From the IMG/VR virus record IMGVR_UViG_2744054987_000003, positions 32,001-96,000 of that record: a stretch of DNA of 64,000 nt. One strand, given 5' to 3'. This DNA is from a virus (Duplodnaviria > Caudoviricetes). The translations under genes were made by a program, and so were the position numbers. The notes beneath the pieces were generated by a model. That model made no database searches. It worked only from the letters and a program-made list of their open reading frames with translations, and had not been told where the DNA came from. The first letter of the stretch is position 1; each line of letters begins with the position of its first letter. Positions 1 to 8,254 of the stretch are shown here, in pieces.

Positions 1-383
1 TGCTGGAGATAGTTCTCGCCGTCGATGATGTTGCCGAGGTCAGTCAGGTCATAAAAGTTGACGTCCTGATCGGGCATCGCGAAGTCGTAATGCACTGTGC
101 GCCCGGTGATGCCGCCTTCACGCCATTCGATGCGGTAGGTGACCGGCTCAGTCAACCCGGCGAGATGTGAGGGGATCAACTGAAAAGTCACGGTGGTGTC
201 TTGTGCGAGCAGCACTTTCTGAACACCGGCAGGCTGGACGAACGTGGCACCAGCGATGGGGGACGACGGCGATCCGACCGCGATGACGACGACCTCTAAG
301 GTGATCGGGGCCTGGTCAGGAAACGTCACCGAGCGTGCGAACGGGATCGTCAGATTACGCCAGATCACCTGGGGTGCCGTCAC
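1..383 (-). CDS. 5' part of a probable virion protein (runs off the window edge)
   Basis: Hand-read open frame from GTG at 383 (MTAPQVIWRNLTIPFARSV...YRIEWREGG...GENYLQ), no stop before position 1; purine-rich RBS AGAGGGAG and the CCTGAATAAGGGAGGG motif upstream. Virion role is inference. Confidence 0.6.
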   Translation of the reverse strand, partial: MTAPQVIWRNLTIPFARSVTFPDQAPITLEVVVIAVGSPSSPIAGATFVQPAGVQKVLLAQDTTVTFQLIPSHLAGLTEPVTYRIEWREGGITGRTVHYDFAMPDQDVNFYDLTDLGNIIDGENYLQ

Positions 384-405
384 CTGCTGTCTCCCTCTAC
401 GCCTG

Positions 406-421
406 CCCTCCCTTATTCAGG
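406..421 (-). promoter_or_regulatory. CCTGAATAGGTGAGGAGG-family motif, copy 1 (CCTGAATAAGGGAGGG)
   Basis: One of four similar copies, each just upstream of a minus-strand gene. Confidence 0.55.
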
Positions 422-1624
422 TCAGAGCAGGTCGTCAAAGGACTCGACAGCGGCCATCACGGTGCGCGGAGCTGATGGTGTGATGGTGTGAAACGGTGGC
501 CTGCCGGTGCGGGGGGCCACGCGCATCTGGTCGACATCCATCTTCGCGCCGGGCAGCATCGTGATCTCCTGCTCACTGCGCCAGGGACCGCCGGTGTCTT
601 GCCGGTAGGGGTCTTCGCCGACGCCCCTCCACGGCGAACGCAGTACCACAGAGTGCTCATCAGCGCGACGGTTGGTGCCAAACGCTCGCGCTATCGCAGG
701 ATTGGTACTCCAGTGGGTGCCCAAACCCCCTCGACCACGCCGATTGGCGGGATCGTTCGTCAAGTAGTCCAGCACCCCGTTGAGGACTTCGTCATGAGCT
801 ATGTTGTCGGGGTCAGCCTGGGCGCGATCCAAAGCACGCACAGCCCCCACGGGGATCTGGACGCCACGGTAGAGGTTGATGGGGTCGGTATCGAGCAGAT
901 GTTCGGTGCCGGGCAACACAGGCTGTTCCGGCTCGGAATGAGTAAAGCGGGTCTCCGGCCGGGCGATGCTGGGGGACTCGGGGTTGACGTCATGCGGACT
1001 GTAGTAGGCGAAATCGTCTTCATACTGCAATCCGCGTCGCTTCTCCCCGGAGCCGGGCCGATCCCTGACGCGATAGCGAGACGGGTAGCGCTCATCTTCC
1101 TGTGCGGGGTGGTAGCTGGGGTACTGATCATAAGACGTGCTCATGGTGTAGACGAGGTCATCGTCTCGTGGATTGTCGTCAGACAGACCCCAGTCGTAGA
1201 GTTGGTTGACGAAATGATTTTGGGATTCGCGTGAACTACCGGCGTCCTGCGCCCAGCGATCGAGTGTTTCCGGCTCAACGCCGTTGAGCCAGTCGGGGAA
1301 GGCATCATAGGCTTCGGGGTGCATCTCCAGCAGATCGTCGTACCACGACGGCCCCGCCGCGTCCATCCCGCCTGATTCATGAGCGCGCAACCACTGCTGA
1401 CGAAGTTCTTCCCCGGTTGTTGCTGGACTGTCTTGCGGCGGAAGCGTGAACTTGCGCGGCGGCCAGGGCCAGCGTTCGTCGCTGACGTCTTCCAGAGACA
1501 TCTGCCTGGGGGCGATGGAGGCAGCAGTGCGGATCGTCCTGTCGATCTGGGCAGCATCGACCACGACGGGCATGAGACTGGCGATATGCCAGTTCTGTTC
1601 TGCGGCTGTGATGATGCGACGCAC
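422..1624 (-). CDS. Protein with C-terminal R-S-E type (VIP2/Alt-like) ADP-ribosyltransferase domain
   Basis: 400 aa; LYRG...HWSTN...EQEI motifs in the order and spacing of R-S-E ARTs. Confidence 0.7.
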   Translation of the reverse strand: MRRIITAAEQNWHIASLMPVVVDAAQIDRTIRTAASIAPRQMSLEDVSDERWPWPPRKFTLPPQDSPATTGEELRQQWLRAHESGGMDAAGPSWYDDLLEMHPEAYDAFPDWLNGVEPETLDRWAQDAGSSRESQNHFVNQLYDWGLSDDNPRDDDLVYTMSTSYDQYPSYHPAQEDERYPSRYRVRDRPGSGEKRRGLQYEDDFAYYSPHDVNPESPSIARPETRFTHSEPEQPVLPGTEHLLDTDPINLYRGVQIPVGAVRALDRAQADPDNIAHDEVLNGVLDYLTNDPANRRGRGGLGTHWSTNPAIARAFGTNRRADEHSVVLRSPWRGVGEDPYRQDTGGPWRSEQEITMLPGAKMDVDQMRVAPRTGRPPFHTITPSAPRTVMAAVESFDDLL

Positions 1625-1634
1625 GAATGGGTGA

Positions 1635-1652
1635 CCTCCTCACCCATTCAGG
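1635..1652 (-). promoter_or_regulatory. CCTGAATAGGTGAGGAGG-family motif, copy 2
   Basis: CCTGAATGGGTGAGGAGG about 10 nt upstream of the ART start. Confidence 0.6.
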
Positions 1653-1663
1653 CGCTAATAGGT

Positions 1664-1819
1664 CTAGCCGCTGTCTTCGGATATGCCGAGCAGTTCAGCC
1701 AATGCCTGATCTGAGGGGGCATCGTCTGGACAGACGTGTCCCCATGCCAGTCGGTTAGGGGCGTTCGAATACTTTTTCACCAGCGGCTGACGACAGTATC
1801 GGCACTCAGTTGTGTCCAT
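1664..1819 (-). CDS. Small CxxC hypothetical protein (51 aa)
   Basis: Hand-read MDTTECRYCRQPLVKK...SEDSG; fills the gap and overlaps the upstream gene end. Confidence 0.55.
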   Translation of the reverse strand: MDTTECRYCRQPLVKKYSNAPNRLAWGHVCPDDAPSDQALAELLGISEDSG

Positions 1820-2255
1820 CGTTCACCAATGCCACAACCGACTCGCGGTCGGTGATCTCCCCGCGCAGCGCGGCTTCGATCATACGGACCAGTGTCTTGG
1901 TGACGACCTGGTATTGCTGCGATGCGGCATGGAACAAAGTGTCGTACTTGCTCTCGCCGCCGTACGGACCGTAGGGCTGCACCTGGTCGCTGGGGCAGCC
2001 TTCGATGTGAATTTCATCGGAGTTGCGATGCTCATAGCAGCAGAACGTCCAGCCTCCGGCAGTGAAGGTCAGACCCCACTCGCGGCAGTTGTCGAAAACG
2101 CCGAAGTCAATCCTGTCGCCGAATCCCTCAGCCAACGCACCGCCGACCTCTTTGGCGATGATGTATTGACGTATCGGTTCGTCGGGGTACATCTCCTCCC
2201 AGTAAGGAAGATTCTGGTCGACGCGCAACTGCGCGATGGCATCGCTGTAGTTCAT
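1806..2255 (-). CDS. Hypothetical protein (149 aa)
   Basis: ORF track; ATGA overlap with the upstream ORF. Confidence 0.75.
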   Translation of the reverse strand: MNYSDAIAQLRVDQNLPYWEEMYPDEPIRQYIIAKEVGGALAEGFGDRIDFGVFDNCREWGLTFTAGGWTFCCYEHRNSDEIHIEGCPSDQVQPYGPYGGESKYDTLFHAASQQYQVVTKTLVRMIEAALRGEITDRESVVALVNDGHN

Positions 2256-2368
2256 GCTGTCACTTCCTGTTCGGCAAGCCAGCCAGACAATTCGTGACGC
2301 TTAAGAGTGCCATTGGGCATGATGTGCTGGACCTCGATGCCGTCGCGGGTGGCCAGGTCGGAGATCAT
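2252..2368 (-). pseudogene. Displaced original 3' end of the DUF488 gene (38-aa mini-ORF)
   Basis: MISDLATRDGIEVQHIMPNGTLKRHELSGWLAEQEVTA aligns with the DUF488 C-terminus MISDLATRDGVPVYHIWPNGSAKLHELSGWLKQEG. Confidence 0.85.
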
Positions 2369-2943
2369 GCACGCCTCCTGTCCTTGCGACGCATCCGATC
2401 GCGATTGCAAGCGCGACAATCTCTATGACCTGTTTTCCTGATAAAGGTATTGGCCTCATCAAAGAGATGACCGTTTTTGCAGTGCGTCTTAAGCCCATTA
2501 TGTAGCTTGCCTTCAGCCGTCGCTTTTCTACGCCGCTTCTCGTCAAGGCAAGGTTTACATGCCGCCTGTCTCTTCGCTCCAATACGAACGATATTATCCT
2601 CTATCCATAGATGCTTGTTAGCACGACACATACCAGCAAAGTCGTTGCATGATCGTCCCCTGCGGGTGTTCTCTGCCCCTGTCACCTGCTCCAGATGACT
2701 AGGTCGAACACACCCACGATTACGACAGTTGTGATCGGTCTCTAAGTCTCGATCCAGCTCAATACCAAGCAACTCCAGACCCACGCGATGTGCCCAACCA
2801 ACACCCTGACCGTGGCCCCGGTTGTACTTACCGTAGCCGTTGCGCTTGTCGCGGTAGGCAGTCCACTCCCAACACTCATCCGAAACATCCACCTTGGAGA
2901 TAAACCGTTCTGGCCACTCAGCTAGCGCACGGTCATCCAACAC
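2365..2943 (-). mobile_element. Free-standing HNH homing endonuclease
   Basis: CWEW...GYG...AHRV...DHNCRNRGCVRPSHLEQVTGAEN HNH core plus C-terminal Cys/His repeats (THCKNGHLF...RDCRAC); visibly more AT-rich than the flanks. Confidence 0.9.
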
Positions 2944-3442
2944 AACAACCCTCCTGCTTCAACCACCCGGAAAGTTCATGCAATTTGGCGGAGCCATTCG
3001 GCCAAATATGGTAGACAGGAACCCCATCGCGCGTAGCCAGATCAGAGATCATCCTGCGATGGCATCTGAATGGCGCAGGCTCTCCGCACATGATCGCGAC
3101 ATTGTGATGCTTGGACTGTTCGAGGAGCGCCTCGTAGTCGAGTGCAAAGTCCTGGGTGTGGGTGTAAGCCGCGTAGTTGGCGAAGCTCTCCACCTGCCAC
3201 CACTGGTCCTCGGGGATGCGCTCTTTGGGCGGCTTGCGCCGACCGCCGAGATTGGGCCAGTGTGAGTAGGTGACGCCAGCAAGACGAAGCCAGTCCGGCA
3301 TCCGCTCCTGGTTGAACTGAGGACTGCGACGTGAGCCGGGGAAGCTACGGACATCGGCCAGCTCGGCGATGTCGTGTCGCTTCAAGCGTTCGTTGAACTT
3401 CACCCAAGTCTCATAGCCGTGGCCGATGGTGTAGAGAGTCAT
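2933..3442 (-). CDS. DUF488 family protein
   Basis: LYTIGH, LADVRSFPGSRR.PQFN, LGGRR and MCGE...CHRR motifs. Confidence 0.85.
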   Translation of the reverse strand: MTLYTIGHGYETWVKFNERLKRHDIAELADVRSFPGSRRSPQFNQERMPDWLRLAGVTYSHWPNLGGRRKPPKERIPEDQWWQVESFANYAAYTHTQDFALDYEALLEQSKHHNVAIMCGEPAPFRCHRRMISDLATRDGVPVYHIWPNGSAKLHELSGWLKQEGCCVG

Positions 3443-3488
3443 GCGTCTCCTCGGAAGGGGTTTCTCGTCTAACCCATTGTCTCACAAA

Positions 3489-3505
3489 TGTATAGCAACT
3501 GTCTA
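3489..3505 (-). promoter_or_regulatory. TAGACA-N5-TATACA promoter element
   Basis: Intergenic, upstream of DUF488; member of the recurrent TAGACA family. Confidence 0.55.
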
Positions 3506-3513
3506 GTGCAGCG

Positions 3514-3630
3514 CTAGTCCCACGTTGAGGACTCGCATTCCTCGATGCAGTAGATGCACTGGTCGTCGACCATCTCCTCGTCATCGAGCACGTCGTGCAG
3601 CGGACACAGGTGTTCAAAACCGATCTTCAT
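3514..3630 (-). CDS. Small Cys/His zinc-finger-like protein (38 aa, ends TWD)
   Basis: Hand-read MKIGFEHLCPLHDVLDDEEMVDDQCIYCIEECESSTWD. Confidence 0.55.
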   Translation of the reverse strand: MKIGFEHLCPLHDVLDDEEMVDDQCIYCIEECESSTWD

Positions 3631-3633
3631 CGT

Positions 3634-3864
3634 CTAGCCATCCTCTCGGAAGCGACATGATTCACCCTCACTGCGTGCTGCGTGAAATTCAGCGCTCCAC
3701 TTTCGATTCAACTCCTCAAGCTCCACATCAGTGACACCGAGTGCATTTAATGCCTGTGTCGTCTCTTGACGCGCATCGTCTTCTTCTCTTGCACTACAAC
3801 AAAACTCACCAGCCACGGAACTCGACAGATATAGGATATGTAGAACGGCCTCTTCGCGCGTCAT
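3634..3864 (-). CDS. Hypothetical protein (76 aa)
   Basis: ORF track; ATGA overlap. Confidence 0.65.
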   Translation of the reverse strand: MTREEAVLHILYLSSSVAGEFCCSAREEDDARQETTQALNALGVTDVELEELNRKWSAEFHAARSEGESCRFREDG

Positions 3865-4160
3865 GCTGCTACCTCATCCACGCAGTAGCTGTCGATCCAG
3901 CTGGCGTAGCGCTCTTCCAAGCGCTCATGCCATTCACTGGGCCAGGGGTCGTCGTGTATCGCACCCAGCACCGACCCGGCGATGGCCGCAATCGAGTCGG
4001 AGTCGCCGTCGGTAAGCGCGGCACGACGCAGCGCCCGCACGGGATGATCGGGCAGCATGTCCACGCACAACAGCGCGCATGCCAGAGCGTCGGGCGCGTT
4101 CCAGCCGGGAAGCTCGCCAGAGGGATCGTCAGACCATGGGTTGTCCCTGATGCTAGCTAG
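3861..4160 (-). pseudogene. C-terminal fragment of an ADP-ribosylglycohydrolase (ARH/DraG family)
   Basis: GDSDSIAAIAGSVLGA motif; only ~100 codons, no credible start and no N-terminal TDD motif. Confidence 0.75.
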
Positions 4161-4165
4161 CGTAG

Positions 4166-4423
4166 CTAGCCGTTGAGACTGCCGGGCGTGCCCACGGGAA
4201 CTTCCTGACCGAGCCAGTTGCACGGACGCAGGGTGGCGAAGGCGGTGAACGCACACTTGAGTGCAGGATCAGCGGCGGCGCACTGCGGCTGGCCGGGACC
4301 ACCACAGGTCTGCTCCATGCCGGGCACGGCCTGCGCCGGAGCACCGGACACCGCAGCCGTCGCGCTCAGCAGCACCGCAGCGATAGAGATGACATACAAC
4401 GATTTCTTCACAGAGATGTTCAT
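4166..4423 (-). CDS. Small secreted Cys-containing protein (85 aa)
   Basis: Signal-peptide-like N-terminus ending AQA; four Cys; GGAGAG RBS. Confidence 0.7.
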   Translation of the reverse strand: MNISVKKSLYVISIAAVLLSATAAVSGAPAQAVPGMEQTCGGPGQPQCAAADPALKCAFTAFATLRPCNWLGQEVPVGTPGSLNG

Positions 4424-4499
4424 ATTAGTATCTCTCCTGTCATTGAGAAGTTATTAATTACTATTCACTTGTCGTTGTGCTGCAGTCAATACCCCGAAG

Positions 4500-4730
4500 T
4501 CATGATCCGTAAAAAGGAGGCACAATCGCGGGAGGATACGGCTGGCACACCCCGTGCAGCGGGTCGTAGAAGCCACAGTTGTCGTGCGGCCCGTAGCCGG
4601 GATAGCCGGGCTGCGGATTGGCCGGGTAGTAGGGCGCACAGGCCCCGTGCGCCGGGTCATAGACGTTGCCGTCGCCGCAGGTATTGAACGGCGCGTGCTG
4701 GAGCCACAGCGCGGCCAGAATCGTGATCAT
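4500..4730 (-). CDS. Small secreted Pro/Tyr/Cys-rich protein with an internal repeat
   Basis: MITILAALWLQHAP...; YDPxHGxCxPY occurs twice. Confidence 0.6.
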   Translation of the reverse strand: MITILAALWLQHAPFNTCGDGNVYDPAHGACAPYYPANPQPGYPGYGPHDNCGFYDPLHGVCQPYPPAIVPPFYGS

Positions 4731-5014
4731 CGGTCTTCCCTTTCCCACGGTGTGACATAGCGACTGGCGATGATCTCGGCGTCGTCGGCGTCGGTGTCAT
4801 CCAACACAAGTCCGCTGACATCGCCGACGCGCCAGGACAGTTCGGGCCGGAGCTTCAGCGCGTTGATGACCTGGCTGGCGACGTGCTCGGCGTGAGAGCC
4901 TTCGGCAGACAGGCAGTCATCGCCGCACTGACACCACCAGGCCCGCCGGTCATGGTGCACCAACAGGTGCTGCTTGTGCACGCGGGCGATCTTCTTGACG
5001 ACGTCCCGCATCAC
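4727..5014 (-). CDS. Hypothetical protein with a CxC...H metal motif
   Basis: ORF track; overlaps with neighbours. Confidence 0.65.
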   Translation of the reverse strand: MMRDVVKKIARVHKQHLLVHHDRRAWWCQCGDDCLSAEGSHAEHVASQVINALKLRPELSWRVGDVSGLVLDDTDADDAEIIASRYVTPWEREDR

Positions 5015-5235
5015 GGCTTCCCATTCAGCGCAGGCTGGAAGACGACCGCGCCGTCGGGGCCGTAGTTGACGGTGCCGATGGCAGGAGGGTCAAAGGCGTC
5101 GTTGATAAGCTTCAGACCGTCCGCCGGACGCATCCCAGCCTTGCCCAGCGTCTCGCAAAGCTTCTCCCACAAATCGATTGCGGCGGCAACGGCCAGCAGC
5201 TCGTCGCTGGCCAGATCGTGTGGCACAGCGGTCAT
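5011..5235 (-). CDS. Hypothetical protein
   Basis: MTAVPHDL...; ATGA overlap. Confidence 0.6.
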   Translation of the reverse strand: MTAVPHDLASDELLAVAAAIDLWEKLCETLGKAGMRPADGLKLINDAFDPPAIGTVNYGPDGAVVFQPALNGKP

Positions 5236-5471
5236 TCCCACTCCTCGGGGTCGTAGTCGCACCAGTCGCCGCCCTCGTCGAGGTAGCTGATGCCTCCGGC
5301 GTTGGCGTAGTCGGGGATCATGTTGTTGTCGAACTGATACAGCGCCACCTGGTAGATGGTGTCGAGGATGAGCAGACCGACCTTGGGGTCATCGATCTCG
5401 CGCTCGAATGGCTTGCCGGGCACCTGATGGATGTACCAGAGCTTGAACTTGGTGGGCGTGAAGTCAGTCAT
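5232..5471 (-). CDS. P22 gp17-like protein
   Basis: KLWYIHQVPGKPF...YQFDNNMIPDYANAGG...WCDY resembles the gp17 pattern as recalled. Confidence 0.7.
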   Translation of the reverse strand: MTDFTPTKFKLWYIHQVPGKPFEREIDDPKVGLLILDTIYQVALYQFDNNMIPDYANAGGISYLDEGGDWCDYDPEEWE

Positions 5472-5743
5472 CGCAGTACCTCTTTCTCGAAAGTCCTGAA
5501 CGACGCACCGGCCATCAGCGGCTTGCGGTGATCGATAGCACAGCAGTGCGCGTACCGTCGAGCGTCGTCGAGTTGCTCCTCCGACGCACCGGCCCCAACA
5601 GCCTTTGAGCGCAAGACGTCTCTTACCGAGGCAGCGTCCTCCGTTTGCTCGCCGACAAGACCGCCGTACCTGCGAGAGAAATGCCAGTAGACCGCCGCGC
5701 CGTAGAGGTCCAAAGCGCGCTGAAGCTCGACCAGGTCACTCAT
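5468..5743 (-). CDS. Hypothetical protein
   Basis: MSDLVELQ... within the ORF-track frame; GGAGG RBS. Confidence 0.6.
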   Translation of the reverse strand: MSDLVELQRALDLYGAAVYWHFSRRYGGLVGEQTEDAASVRDVLRSKAVGAGASEEQLDDARRYAHCCAIDHRKPLMAGASFRTFEKEVLR

Positions 5744-6082
5744 CAGCCGACCTCCTCTTCGGTGAACCAGGGACACATGTGCCCATGTTTGGTGGCGTAG
5801 TAGCGGTCATGATCGCAGGTGGCGCAGACATCGCTGTTGCTGTGCGAGCACCGGCGCGGGTCGATCCAGAGCCTGTCGCCACCAGAGACCCAGACATAAG
5901 GTGATTCAAGGGTCACGCTGACATCCGCGCCTTGCATCGCAGCAAAGCCCTGTAGGCTTCGTCCTGGTCGCTGCCGACGCCGTAGACCTCGCGACCGTCG
6001 GCGGTGATGGCGGTGGCGGTGTAGATCCACTCGCCGTCGATGACCTCACTGGTGAACTCAACATCCATCATGGCTCCCTCAT

Positions 6083-6331
6083 TCATCGGGTCTTCTCCAG
6101 TTCGTTGATGACGTTCTCCAGCCAGTAACCTTTGCGGATACGCAAGGCCCAGCCAGGCAGGTCGGCGTCGAGGGTCTCGGCGACGGTCAGGGCGCGGGCG
6201 GCGGTGACGTAGCCGATCGCGGGCACGGTGTCGCCCCAGCGCTCCAGGATGGCGTAGGCCACGGCCTTGACCGACGGGCGGACCTTGGCGACGCGGATGT
6301 CTTCTTCACGGGTTCTTCCGATGACGTCCAT
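6083..6331 (-). CDS. Hypothetical protein (MDVIGRTREEDIR...)
   Basis: ATG 7 nt downstream of a TAGACA-N18-TAAAAT promoter (6339-6368). Confidence 0.65.
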   Translation of the reverse strand: MDVIGRTREEDIRVAKVRPSVKAVAYAILERWGDTVPAIGYVTAARALTVAETLDADLPGWALRIRKGYWLENVINELEKTR

Positions 6332-6365
6332 GGCTCCTATTTTACAGCATATGACCAAGGTTTGT

Positions 6366-6911
6366 CTAGTAGTCGCGAGAATCGCCGTACAGGAAGCGCT
6401 GCACATGGGGATTGCGCTGCGCGGTGCATATCGCGCAGCGGCACAACATGCGGTCCTTGCCGGTGTACCGACAGACGACGACCGGCGCTGGGATCTGCGC
6501 ATCGGCGATAACCTGCGCACGAGACAGCTGGATACTCCTATGCAGCATCCCGACAAGGCCGTCATCGGTCTCACGCGCAATGACGACCCCGTTGGGGAGC
6601 GTGACGGCGTTGGTGGGACGCTCCTGCGAATCGGACTTGGCCCAGAACTCCTCGAAGACGTCGATGGCAGGCGGGTAAGAGCCATAGAGGCCCTCGGACT
6701 TGTTCTCCAGCCACAGACGGTGCTGGCGCTCGGCGCGGGCCGCCAGCGCCTGAGTCTCGGACTGCTGGTGTAGCGACGTCACATCCATGAGCTGATCCCA
6801 CACCGATTGGAGCTGCTCTTCGGTGAAGATCTTCGACACGACCGTGCATGAAGTGCCGACAACAAGCATGAGAAACAAGACCACGTATCCAACGACGTCA
6901 GGAGCCATCAC
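6366..6911 (-). CDS. Membrane-anchored hypothetical protein with C-terminal Cys cluster
   Basis: N-terminal hydrophobic helix; CRCAIC motif. Confidence 0.65.
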   Translation of the reverse strand: MMAPDVVGYVVLFLMLVVGTSCTVVSKIFTEEQLQSVWDQLMDVTSLHQQSETQALAARAERQHRLWLENKSEGLYGSYPPAIDVFEEFWAKSDSQERPTNAVTLPNGVVIARETDDGLVGMLHRSIQLSRAQVIADAQIPAPVVVCRYTGKDRMLCRCAICTAQRNPHVQRFLYGDSRDY

Positions 6912-7083
6912 AACGCCTATACTTGCGGCCTAAACCCTCCGGCGTCACCCAGAAACTGCGTTCAGTGGCGAGGTTACGCGCCAGCAGCGAGCGGTTGCTA
7001 CGTCCAGAGCTGTCGCTGTCGGCGTCGATGATGATCTCGGCATCGTCGGTTTTGCGCCGCCAGCGCGTCCCTTCCAGGCCCAT
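6898..7083 (-). CDS. Hypothetical protein (61 aa)
   Basis: ORF track; TGATG coupling. Confidence 0.6.
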   Translation of the reverse strand: MGLEGTRWRRKTDDAEIIIDADSDSSGRSNRSLLARNLATERSFWVTPEGLGRKYRRCDGS

Positions 7084-7364
7084 CAGGTCTCGATACCGTA
7101 GAAGCGCCGAATCCAGCGCGGGCTGAACTCGCCGTACTGCGCGGGATCATCAACGAAGGTCTGCGCACCACCGGGGGAGACCATCACCACCGGGCCGCCG
7201 TAGACGCTGCCGATGAAGCTGACCTTGAGCAGGTCGCTGTCGCTGCCGAAGTCGTTGTCGGCGCTGTCATAGCGGTAGCGCACGTCGACGTCGTAGGCGA
7301 TCTGTCCGGCGATGCCGTTGTGCCGGGTGACCTTGATGATCTGGCGGTCAATGACGGTCGTCAT
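7083..7364 (-). CDS. Hypothetical protein (93 aa)
   Basis: ORF track; AAGGAG RBS. Confidence 0.7.
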   Translation of the reverse strand: MTTVIDRQIIKVTRHNGIAGQIAYDVDVRYRYDSADNDFGSDSDLLKVSFIGSVYGGPVVMVSPGGAQTFVDDPAQYGEFSPRWIRRFYGIET

Positions 7365-7366
7365 GG

Positions 7367-7663
7367 TCAGTGCTCCTTGCTGTTCCAGTGCGTCACTACG
7401 GCCTGCTTCGCGGTGACCAGGGATTGGCGGCCCGACAGAAACGGCACACGCTCGTGGCCGTCATCGGGCTGCGGGGTGCCCTGGGGCAGATACAGGATCA
7501 CCCACTGGCCGCCGAAACGACTGATGATGTAGCGCGCACCGTTGTCGTCGAGCGGCAGCGTCGAGTAGGCCGGATGGTTGCCGGTCCAGATGATCTTGCC
7601 GCCGGTGTTGCGTACGGGCTGAAAGCCCTTGAGGGCTTCGCCGAAGATGGGGTGGATGCTCAT
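7367..7663 (-). CDS. Hypothetical protein, probably leaderless
   Basis: ATG 6 nt downstream of TATACT. Confidence 0.7.
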   Translation of the reverse strand: MSIHPIFGEALKGFQPVRNTGGKIIWTGNHPAYSTLPLDDNGARYIISRFGGQWVILYLPQGTPQPDDGHERVPFLSGRQSLVTAKQAVVTHWNSKEH

Positions 7664-7669
7664 GCCATC

Positions 7670-7699
7670 AGTATACAGCAAGTGTCTAACTATTGTCTA
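7670..7699 (-). promoter_or_regulatory. TAGACA-N5-TAGACA-N7-TATACT SigA-like promoter
   Basis: -35/-10 spacing of 18; same architecture at 49551 and 57754. Confidence 0.75.
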
Positions 7700-7993
7700 G
7701 CCTCTGGGCGTAGTCAGGATGCGCCTGCGCAGGATCGGAAGTCCAACCCCACTGATCGATGCCGACGCCTTTCTCGCGCACCGGCCGATACCAAGTGGTC
7801 CCGCTGTCATCGGTGCGTGCCGGATACTGCTGTGCGACGTTCAGTCCCATTCCGCGTTACCTCGCTCATCGACCCAAATGCAGATTGCGGTGATCCCTCA
7901 ACCACTTCTTGGTGACTTTATCCTCGCGCGGGCCGACGTAGCGCTCTTTGCAGGTGGAGCACTCGAACATCTCGACGGGGCCGAGATGGCGGA

Positions 7994-8116
7994 TCAGTCC
8001 CATGTCGCTGCCTCCACTTCTTCCGCGCACATCTCACAGTCCTCGATGGGTTCGCGATGGCGGCAGAGGCGCGGAGTCTGCACCCACTGCGCTGATTCTC
8101 CGGTCATTCCGGCCAT
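7994..8116 (-). CDS. Small Cys/His zinc-finger-like protein ending TWD
   Basis: ...LCRHREPIEDCEMCAEEVEAATWD resembles 3514-3630; start uncertain. Confidence 0.5.
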   Translation of the reverse strand: MAGMTGESAQWVQTPRLCRHREPIEDCEMCAEEVEAATWD

Positions 8117-8254
8117 GACACCGCTGCCACCATAGGCACCGAGTACCACGGGGACATGGTGGCCGCGCGGCACCGCCTCACAGACAGCAATGGGCACCCC
8201 GCCGATGCTGCCGACCGGCTCGTGGTCGGGCTGGCCGCAGAGCTGACATGGTCA

